From contig NC_045696.1 in NCBI RefSeq assembly GCF_009834535.1, positions 52,206,001 through 52,270,000 on the forward strand: a DNA stretch of 64,000 bases. The letters run 5' to 3'. Origin of the DNA: Camelus ferus (taxonomy: Eukaryota). How positions within the stretch are numbered: position 1 is the first letter of the stretch; each line of letters starts with the position of its first letter. This document shows, piece by piece, positions 39,491 through 50,500 of this stretch. A model generated the notes under the pieces. That model was not told where the DNA came from and searched no databases. It worked only from the letters and a program-made list of their open reading frames with translations. A program made the translations under genes and the position numbers.

Positions 39491-40479
39491 TTAAAGCAAT
39501 TTAAACATGTTTAGTTTATGTAAAGTTAAAACAAAACTTTATATGGATTGACCAATCTTTTGATATTGGATCAAGGATTGTCATTGACTCTCGATCTGCT
39601 AAACACATTATTCTTCCTGCTTAAACTGTACCACAATGTATCATCTACTTAAAGTCAGTGAGAGTTTAAAGGCTTTGGTTTATTTAAAGTCAGTGAGTGC
39701 TTAAAGAGACTTGCAAAACAAGCTTGAATGCGGGATCCTTCCAAACTTTTACATTCATCCCCTATCCCTGCCCCAAGTGATCTTTCATTGCTGTCTAGCC
39801 ACACCTATTTAAGCGCTCCTTTTTAAGTGATTCACCCTTAAAAAGTCTTTCCAAAGCAGTCAACTTAAATTTCATAAAAGAAACAACCATTTATACTTTT
39901 TTTACTCATATTTCACCAGTTTGCATAGTTAAATTACATTTGCACCTTCAACGGGCATAAACAAATTTGAAAACAAACACAAATGACTCTAGGTAAGCAA
40001 ATCAGCAGGTAAACAGATAAACAGAAACGATATTTCAGTTTCTTATTGGCCTGAAGCAGGGAGTGGCAAAGAGGGCTTCTACTATATTCATGTCTTCCCT
40101 AATTACAAAGAATACTACTTAATAACTATATTAGGTTTCTAGCAGAATGGCTTTAAGTTGAAAAATACAATCAAATTTGATAGAAGGGTTTACAATAACA
40201 CCAACATTCTACAGTAGAAATGTAATGCATTCCTTCTTATCTTTCTTAAATTGAAATCCTAGGAGACTCCTTCACTGATAAAAACTAAAGTCATAAAATT
40301 CCATCCCAAACTCAATTAAGTATAACAAAGCCCTTTCCCAAAGCATGAACATACATACTCACATACATTTATATGTATAATTAATAAATGAAGAAACTCA
40401 GACTTTAAGAAAGAAACCTCCTACCAGAGGAAACCATCATTTTATGTGGGTAAAACCCTGAATTTAAAGTTCAGGATCA

Positions 40480-40640
40480 ATTAGTTACTATTTATTAATG
40501 TGGGATACGGCACTTCACCTCCCTGAGCTGCAGTCTCTGTATCTAAAAAAGGAGACAATAATAACTTGTTCTCTCCCTCTCACAAAATTATGGTCAGAAT
40601 TATATAAAATAAAATATATGAACACACTCTGCAAACTATT
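40480..40640 (+). mobile_element. MIR relic
   Basis: CACTTCACCTCCCTGAGCTGCAGTCTCTGTATCTAAAAAAGGAGACAATAATAAC. Confidence 0.55.
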
Positions 40641-43600
40641 GGTCATCATACACATATAAGTTAGTGTTATTGGAAATCCTAGCTCGTATTTTGAACATAG
40701 AACTTCAGAGTCAGGGGAGGTCAATTCACAAATGATGAGGCTGAGAGCCAAAAGCCTAAATTACTTTCCTACTAACAGTGGCATGGATGACAGAGCAGAA
40801 ATAGAGCATCCTTGATTAACCTGGAAAAGAATATCACAGTCATGGGAGTGGGATCAATTGGAGATTCAAGGAAGCCACAGTGCTCAGAATGAGCTAATGC
40901 TGAACCGTAGACTGTGAACAGAGATAAATTTGTAAAGGCTGAGCAGTTTCATACAATAAGTTCTGGCAGTGACTTTGGTGAAAATATTACAGGAAAGATA
41001 GAAAGTTCAACCCCTCAAAAAAGTTCAACTATACCAAACACAGATTATTATTTCATCTTATATAACAAAATGCTGATGCCTTTTCAAACTAAAGAAAATC
41101 GCAAATTTGAGATAATTCTCTTATTTCTCCTATTCCTTTCTACTGGTCAGAGTAGTTAATTAACCACAGGTTAGGAAGTTAAAAAAAACAATAGGATGGA
41201 CCTCAGTAAAGTTCAAGTACTTTAATTGGATTGCTTGGGGAAAGTTTGTTTCTCTTTTTCTCTGGCCATTAATCCAGCAGGGGAAAGTGATCTAACACAG
41301 CACTATGGCACGAAGGGACGGGCCCTGAGAGCCTGTCTCTATGATGACTGTTCTTGTGCATCCAGGCCGCCTATTGAAACTAACAATGCCTGCTGCTGCT
41401 GCCGAAGAGGATCATCCAAACTCTGAAAATGAAACACATCACACAAAGGGATGAAAGAATTCTTATTCCACTGGGTTTAGCTTGCAGCTGGTCATGCATG
41501 CCAAAGGGATGTACCATGAGGATGAGAAAGAAGCTTCCAAAGAGAATAGCCAGTCGGACATTTGAAACGCTTTAGGAATTATTCTTTTGAAACTAAGGCA
41601 AATAACTAGACTTCTTTACAGTGGAACTTGGAAGAATAAGGGTTGGTTTGTTTGTTTTAATCGCTGCAACTCACCCAGATGTGAATATTTTTGCCTTGAA
41701 AAGAAACAGACAATTTCTAATTGATTATACATTTGGGAGTTCCTCATTTATAGTAAGAGATCATATTATGTAACAAGTAGTTTCTTTCTCTGGACTGGAG
41801 CTCAAAGTCACTTTGGAGTTTAAAACTGTATACAGGGATAGGTGTTGGGTTTTTCTGCAATTGATGCAAGTACACTGAATAATATGCTTGTTATACAAAA
41901 TAACACACTGGTTAGCAGACTCTGAGGTCAGATCAGTGGTGAAACTGATGTGACCCTCATTACATGGCATTGGGTCCCATGGGCTCTAACAGTCTGCAAT
42001 AGCTGCACTAAGTCTGCCCACAAAAGGTGTTCCAAATAGAGTTAAAAGTTATAAGAACTTCCCCTGCAGTCACCATTGCTCCTGGCCCCTCAACTGGCCT
42101 CAGCAAGGCATAATGCAGTTTTTCAGTGGCCCTGGACATCACTCTCTGAAGTAGTGCCAAAAGCAGCACCTAGAGCTTTGGGGAAACATGACGCAGTGAG
42201 GCACTGGCCTTCCCTGATAAACTGACTCCAGTCAGAAACACAAATAATTGCCTGCCCTCCTTAGCCGTTTTCCACTCCTGTTCCAAAAAGCTCGCCTTCC
42301 TCTGTTTACAGGAGAAAAGTGAGAAACTCCTTTCATTGCACATAACAGTACACACATTAGACTTAGCAATCTATTTTTACTTATTATACCACTGATTCCA
42401 AATAACTCAGCCATAACTAGATGTGTAGCTTTATGGAAGTTACTTAATATAATTTAGCCTTAGAATTTTCATTGATAAAATATAAATATCTGTCTTGTGA
42501 GGCTGTTGTGAAGAATAAGATAATATTTACCTTCTAGTTCAGTTACCAGCAAAAAGGGTAATTCAATAAATGCTAGTCATTGTCTGTATCATTCTCTATA
42601 ACAGCAGTAACAATAGTGTACATAAGAAACTAAAATGAGAAATGGAATGAAGTATCAAAAATATTCCCCTACCTTGTCAGGATGTTATTGTTGATTCAAA
42701 CACTGTGTCATTCTTCTCAGGTTAGATCACACATTACAAGAAGTATTACTTCCTTGGAGGACTGAGTGGACAGAAATCACTGGGAGAAAAATTTCCTTTC
42801 CACATATTCAATCCATTAGTTCTAATTAATGTCCTTAAGACCACTGTAAATGAGTTCTTGCTACAAGTGTTTTAACTTTTCAAATTGCTACTATTGTATT
42901 TTACACATAAATGTTTGACATTAGAGGTTTTCCATAATTGTTTGAATGTTTCTCATTTCCCCACTTCTACCATGGCTTCTACACAGCACTCTTCTAGCTT
43001 CTCTTAAAAAGAGAAGTCAATTTGGATGAAAATTGATACTACAAAAACAAAGTTGAAATGTAGCTGAGAAAAATAATTCTCACTCTAGGTCCTTCTACAG
43101 GCACTATCCCACCCAACTGGATAAAATGAACTTTTAGCCCTGAGTCCATTACCAACATATTCTAAAGACTAAAAGAAGCAGCCCTTCAGAAAAACCTAAA
43201 CATTAACAGGGAAATTGACATACATACATATGTAGATATAGTGTCCAAAGAAGAGGGATTATAGTGAGGAAAAATGTATGTAAAGAGAGACAGTGATATT
43301 TGTAGGCACAATAGAGAGTTATCCTTAAGCAATAATATAAAACCCACAATTCATTCTCCCTTAAAAATTATAAAATATTTTAAATTCAAATTTTATTCTA
43401 GTAACAAACTAAAGCTATTTAGATAAATTCCTACCATTAATTACTTCTTTACATTGTGAATTTTTATACTAAAATCCTTCACTGGGGTGCCAAAGAAGAC
43501 AAAAGAACCTAGTATTTCATTCTAAAGGAACTAATTTTGAAAACCTGAGTCATCATTTTTCTCACCATCCCTTTTACCAGCACCCATCCAAACAACCACC

Positions 43601-43849
43601 AGATCCTGTTAACGCTCTTTTTCCTCCCATTATTATTGTCTAGAATCCTAAGAAATCTAGGCAATTTCATCCTCTAACCTCTGCCATCCATCTTTATGTT
43701 TCTAGAGTTATCTTCTTAAAAAAAAAAAAAGCCTCAAGGAATTTCCTTCATCTCCTCAAAAATCCTGGGTGGTTTACTGAATAAACCATTCAAAGTCTTT
43801 CACAGTATGGAACTAAACTACAATTTGCAGTAATTAAATTGAATGTAAA

Positions 43850-43995
43850 AGATATCCAGTAACTGCCTGCTATGTTCCGGACTCCATAGTAGTGGGTTGG
43901 TAGTGGAGATAAAGACGAACCAGACATGGTCCCTATTCTCAAAGAAGCCAGTACAGTGAAGAGGCAGTAAACTAAAAATTGTAAAACAGTGCAGT
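43850..43995 (-). mobile_element. L2 3' relic
   Basis: CTGCCTGCTATGTTCCGG...AGACATGGTCCCTATTCTCAAAGAAGC. Confidence 0.55.
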
Positions 43996-44084
43996 GAGTA
44001 CAAAAACAGTAACTAACAACAGGGTGCTAACAGAATTAGATAAGTTTCAAACTCAGTGAGTAGAAAAGTGAAAGTAATACGTTG

Positions 44085-44290
44085 GCCCTCTGCTTCTATA
44101 AATGATGGAGTAACAGAAACAGGACTTAGCCTCCTGCCTTAAACAACTAAAAACTAGACAAAATAATGGTTTACAGACATTGGAAAACAGGAAGCCCATG
44201 ACAATATCAGCCCCACAACTGCTATAGCTAACTGCCTAGAGAGAGTTACCAGACCCCATGTGAGGGAGGAAGAAACGAAATAGAGCCTGC
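44085..44290 (+). mobile_element. Old L1 (L1MC/MD-like) 5' end fragment
   Basis: GATGGAGTAACAG...CCTCCTGCCTTAAACAACTAAAAACTAGACAAAATA resembles old L1M 5' ends (from memory). Confidence 0.5.
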
Positions 44291-44654
44291 CTTGCCTTGG
44301 ACCACAAGGCTAATAAGGAATAGATCTGGGCTTCAGCTAAGAGTCTTTCTGACTGCAAAGTCCAAGAAGTTTTTCCTTTTACTTCTCTACCACCTTTAAA
44401 GCATTGCTAAGACTATTCACTCAGCCTAGAAATTAGTTCAGCCCTACCCCTTCATTTTTTCCTAGCCCTGTAGAAATTATGTATCAAGGTTTCAGTTTAA
44501 ACATTACTTCATCCTAGAAAACTCCCCTAATTCCATTGCCCCCACCCACAGTAAAAATCAGTATTATCATGCTCTATAATACTGTATTACTTTGTTTTTA
44601 TTGTTTTGTGGCACTAATTTTATTTTGCTTTATCTAATAATTACATTAATGTTA

Positions 44655-44890
44655 ACCAACATTTATTAAGAGCTTATTATGTTATTGCTCTAAATGCTGC
44701 ACATGAGCCGAATCATTTAATTCTCAGGACAATCCTATATAGTAGGTACTACTTTCAGCCTCATCTTGTAGGTAAGAAAACGGAAACACAGATAGGTAAA
44801 TAACTCACCTAAAGTTACACAACTAGTAAATTTCAGAGCAGAAATTCAAACTGAATAATCTGATTCCAAAGTCCTTGCATATAACCTAAT
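44655..44890 (-). mobile_element. MIR SINE, near full length
   Basis: AACATTTATTAAGAGCTTATTATG...TCATTTAATTCTCAGGACAATCCTAT...GGAAACACAGATAGGTAAATAACTCACCTAAAGTTACACAACTAGTAA...TCTGATTCCAAAGTCC. Confidence 0.8.
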
Positions 44891-46649
44891 TGTTTCCTGT
44901 TTGAATAGCCTACTAGACTTCTTGAACAGAGACAGTTCATCTAAGTAATCTTGCTATTTGTATATCTAACACCCTAGAACCACATTTTATACCTAATAGA
45001 TACTCTATGTTGTTTTCCATATGAATGGATGGACAAAGGAGCACTATGAGGCTGTGGGGGAGTAATGACACTGAGTGCTAAACCAGAACTCTGGGAATCT
45101 CTAAACTGTGGACAAAATGTACCTATAATTCTTTGAGAGAAAGTATTCTTCAACCTTGCAGCTCCTCAGAAATTTCATCCATGAGCAACTAAAGCTTTCA
45201 CATGCTCCAGTGATGGAGTCTTACTTCACCCTTACTAAGTTCAATATTGGTGAATTATAGCTGTATTATTTTATATTTATTTTAATGATCATTATGAGAT
45301 ACATTTCACACATTTGTCCTAAGCATAGAATACTACTAGTAAGAATATATATATTTAGAATATACATATAAGAATATATTTATTTATATAATAGAACATT
45401 ACTAGTAAGACTATATATATACATATTCTATATATACTCTGTGGGAGTAGACAACGGCAAAGGTAGTAACAAAATAATAGCAATAAAATAAACTACTATG
45501 TTCAAACACTTACCATCAGCCAGGCACCTGCATTATCATTATTATTAATGGCATTATAATGCCAGTGCATTATCTCACTTAACCCTCACAACACTCATGA
45601 GGTAGGAATAAGATGAGTCCTGAAATGAGGGTAATCTCAATTTTTAACAACAGTGTCAGATGCCTTAAAAGAGTGTATTTGCAAAGTTCATAACCATTTT
45701 ATTGAATTACAGCAGAAGCTTAAAAATCATGGGACTATATTTTTTTTTATCATTTATTGTTTTTTCATCAACTTAATCACAAGTGTTATGGGTTAGAAAC
45801 CACTAGTCATTCTGCTTATGTCAATACCATCATGAGTTCATATATGCTCAATATCTACTCTACACAAGCTTATTTGCAAGTTAGTACATTGTTTACTAAC
45901 AAAATGTAGTAAAGTTGCCAGATTCTTAAGGCAGAAAATAATGGTTACAGGACTTTAAATTAGATGCTCACATCCTCTTATATTGTTAACAAGGGCTAGA
46001 ATCACTGCACTCCGTGAATTGCTTTGAATAATCACTCTAGATGATCAAGAAGTTCCCTCCACTTACTCTCTAGAGTTAAGGAGTTTTGCATGCAGTAATC
46101 ACAACTAAAACAGAAATAATGAAAACATATGTGCACAGCTACAAAATATGCTAAGTTCATAATTAAATCTTCAGCCCCTAGTGTCTTAAATCACAAAGGT
46201 TTATCAGGAAATTTAAGTTTTTTCCATTTCTTTAATTCTCTCCATTCTTGTAATAAAAACTCTGATACAATAAACCTTCAGTAATTCAATAGCATATTAG
46301 CCATACTTTAAGAATACTACTACTACTTAAGTGTATCTCAGTAAAACTGAAAGGAAAAAAATACGTGCACACACACACACACACACAGAAGAAAAATAGT
46401 GATAATATTACATCATGTCATACCACAATACATTACATTATTAATGGATATCAGTAACTGAGTCCCTACTACATGCTGGGCAAAATATTAGGTGCTTTAC
46501 TATATTCATTTAGTCTCCACCACTCTGGGAGTTTGGTTTTCTTATCTGAACTTCATAGGAAAGTAAAGTGGCTCAGAATAATTTGTCCACGGTCTCACAG
46601 ATGGGAGCTCAAGAATAGAATGGGAGCTCAAACCCACCTCACGTTACCA

Positions 46650-47580
46650 CAAACAGTAAGAGAATTTTGTGAAGTGGGAGTTTGCAAAATTAACATACAA
46701 AATAAATAGCCTTCCCATACAGAAACAAAAAAAAGTCAGAAAATATTATGGAAAAGAATAAGATAGTAAGTTTGGGATAGTGAGTATGTAAAAAAAAAAG
46801 TAAATAAGCAATTAAATAAACAAATGAATAGAGTACTGAGGAGTAACCTTAGTAGCAAATGTTTAGAACCTCTGTAGGAAAAACTGTACAACACTTTTGA
46901 AAGACACAAAAGTTATTTAACAACTTATGATTACCAGTTACCGGGGAGGGAGAAGAGGGTGGGAAGGGATAAATTAGGAATTTGAGATTTGCAGATACTA
47001 ACTACTATATGTAAAATAGATACACAACAAGCTTCTTCTGTATAGCACAGGGAACTATATTCAATATCTTGTAGTAACCTATAATGAAAAAGAATATGAA
47101 AATGAGTATATGTATGTGTACATTTGACTGAAACATTATGCTGTACACCAGAAATTGACACTCTGTAAACTGACTATACTTCAATAAAAAAAGAACTGAA
47201 AAAAAAAGTTATTTAACAAATGGAGGGATAAAGTAAGACCTTGGATAAAAAGACTCAATTTCATAAAGATATTAATTGTCCCTATGTCAATTTATGAATT
47301 TATCATAATTCCAATGAAACAACGTCAGTTTTTTTTTTTCCCTTGAAGTCTGCTAGTTGATTATAAAGCTCATTTGGAATAACAAATAAGCAAGAAAAGT
47401 TACAAAAACCCTGAAAAAGAAGAGCAATGGTGGGGATGCAGTGGGAAGCTAACACTTCAGATATTAAAATATGCTCTACAACTTCTATAATTAACATAAT
47501 GCAATAATAGTATATATGAACAGACAGACCAACATAGAAGATCTAAAAGTATGTATAATTGCATAGGAAAATTTACTATA
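46650..47580 (+). mobile_element. Ancient L1 ORF2 relic interrupted by a younger L1 3' end
   Basis: Degenerate ORF2-like motifs (AAAATTAACATACAAAA, CTTGGATAAAAGACTCAAT, ATTCCAATGAAA) on both sides of 46924-47203. Confidence 0.6.
46924..47203 (+). mobile_element. Severely 5'-truncated young L1 (about 280 bp of 3'UTR) with perfect TSD
   Basis: 16-bp TSD AAAAGTTATTTAACAA at 46908-46923 and 47204-47219; body homologous to 3285-3570. Confidence 0.93.
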
Positions 47581-50500
47581 CTGACATAAGACCCAACAAA
47601 GTCAACTAAACAATAGTAAAGGCAAATGCCTCTCTGGTCAGGTAATTATCATTCTCATGGACTCTGTGAAAACCAAAATCCAGCACACCTCTGGGAATCA
47701 CAGAAATTGCAGAATAGTTCAGTAGAAATAACTCTAATACCTTTTCTTTCTTCATCATCATTTTTAAACCCCAGCAGAAAGATTGTAGTCATATAACCAA
47801 AACCTAGGAGAATCTAAACCACATCTATAGAATTTAGTTGGAAATAAACTATACTACCCCATATCCCAATTCATATTATATTTATTCCATTTCAGTATTA
47901 TACTTACTTTTAAAAGGGATTACAATCCTTGAATATCTTAATCTACCATTTAAATTAAAAAAATACATAAGCAATTTCTACATGCTACAGGGCAAGGGCC
48001 CTTAATAGATATTTAGATTTATCCTATAATTAAAAATAATAATAATGCAAATGTATGCCAAAGCCCTGTAAACAATATTTTCAAAAAATTTGTTGTGGAG
48101 AAGGACCCCTGGTGTCTAGCTGGATTCAAGCCAGTCATATAGTGTAGCTGTTGACTGCATAGCATTTTAGTCCATGATGAGACAGCATCTTTGCTTACTT
48201 TGAGATATTTTACTTCACCCATAAAGGATGTCAAGCCTCTAAAATTTGTAAAGAATTACGTTTAGGAAGAAAAATCTTGGTTGTTTTACATTTTCCCCAA
48301 TAAACATTTCAAGAAGCATGATATAGATTCTTTAGACACTGAACACATCATTACTGTGTGACTGAAAGGAATGGATCTCAGACACAGTAATTACAGTGTC
48401 TGATTGGTGTCTCCAGAACATATAGATACCATCTACATTTATAAAGATGAGAACTATCTCCACAAGTAGATTTCTAAGAAAGCTTTTTAAAAAACAACAT
48501 AAAAATGGTAGTTGGCAAAAGACATGATCACAGCCTTGCTGTACACTAACATTGCCTTGCAAATGAAAACCTGCACTATTCCTTATGATCAGGGTTTTAC
48601 CCATTTATTTGGTTAATCATTCAAATGGCTAAACAGACCTCTAATTTGAAAATAAAAACCAATTGATGCAATCACAAACAAGTTCTAAAATTGCGGTTTA
48701 TAAAAATTGAAATCTTGTTCTAAGCCAAAACACACACACAGTTACCTTTTCCTAATCAGAGCATTCATTTCTCCTCATTATGATCTCACAAGCACATTAA
48801 AATCTTATTAACATTAATTACTTCTGAGCGCCTATGCATGAGCAGTGACAGTCGTGAGTGTGCGCGTGTCTGGATCATATCTACATTTATATACCTTGCT
48901 GTACTTTGCTTATAAAACATGTGAAAATATTTCTGCTAACACCAATTAGCTAATTTCACACACACACAGATAGTAAACTGCCGTCTCACTGCACAGCCTA
49001 TCAGAGACCAGTAAACATATGAACAAACGGACGAGAAAAAAAGCAGAAACACCTCTTGAATGTGAGAACTAAAATGCCTTATACTTGAGCCTTAATTCTT
49101 GAGGTGAAAACAAGTTGAGAAAACACAATAACAAAAAATAAAAAATCATTAAAAAATTTAAAACCAAGCATTCTATTTTCTACACAGATGGGTTCAATGA
49201 TAAAAATGATAGACAAAGAAAAACTGGCAAGCAAAAAGCAGCAGACACAGGAGAAATAGAAGAGACAGATAAACAAAGAGACAGAAATGAAAGTGTCCTT
49301 TTTTACATGTGTACACATGCACACACGAACACATATACACACACATCTGCTTCACATAATCATATTCATATCATAATTTAAACACAAATAATATAATATT
49401 TACACTGAGTATAAGGTAAAAATATTAGCACACCACACCTCAAAATCCAAAGATCTATCCTCAGAAGCAATAAAATTTTTACTCAACCCAAATGATTTAT
49501 GGATTTTATTTATACCAAGAATATTATATATAGGAGGCACTCATCCCTTACAACAGAAACTCTAGGTAAGTGTAGAAAACTAGGCAGTTATGGTCACAAA
49601 ACTACATATAATCCTTATCTCTCTTTTCACACTCTCCTTCTCTCAGTATCCAAGTGTTCTACCATTCACACACACACTCCATTAAATCATGTCCTTTCCC
49701 CTATCATCCATCCTTCATAGAAATATTTATAAAGAATTAACCACTGATTGTTACACCCACATTTTTTGTTTGATCTATGTATCTATCTTTTCTTCACAGC
49801 CTACAGTTTATGCCAAATCCAAAGACTATGAAATACCATTGTATCTTGATGAATACATTCTATCTTGAGTCTTTCTGCCATCTTTAATTTCTTTGTTGCC
49901 ATGGATCACTACCTCAACACTGTATCATTTTCGCAAAGAAAACACTTCAAAATTCCTATGGAAAATACTACGCAATGGCCAAAATTATTCATGTTTCATT
50001 CCATAATGATTTTTTCAGGGAGAAAAACAGCATCTTTGAGTCACAATACCTATGTCTGTAGGAAAAGGAAATAATGTAATTCTAAGATTATATTCATTAA
50101 ATAATTTTAGAACATTTGACAAAGAATGAAATACAGAAAGAATACAAGACAGTCAACCATCCAGTACAATTAATGCATAAGATGATTTAAGCAAGTATAG
50201 CTCATTCCATAGTTCCAATGTTCAACATTCTGTCCAGCAGCCTTATCAGCCTATATAGCATGGGGGTCAATGACATGTAGCAATACAAGTGTGCACTCTA
50301 CAGGTGTGCTATATAACAAAGGTCTAAGTGCTCTCTCTGTAGCATATAATACATATTAGAGAAGAAATGGTAGGGAGTATATTTCTGAATCTTTATGAAA
50401 TAATATTTAAAATATATGACATTGGTATCAACATAAAATTTAAATGGAAGCAAAAAATATACTGAATTTTATTTTAATTCAATGTTATACAACATGCTCA

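Noticed and set aside
39286..39504. Arg-rich, poly-Met 72-aa ORF
   Set aside because: It derives from GGA/GAT low-complexity repeats and a MIR.
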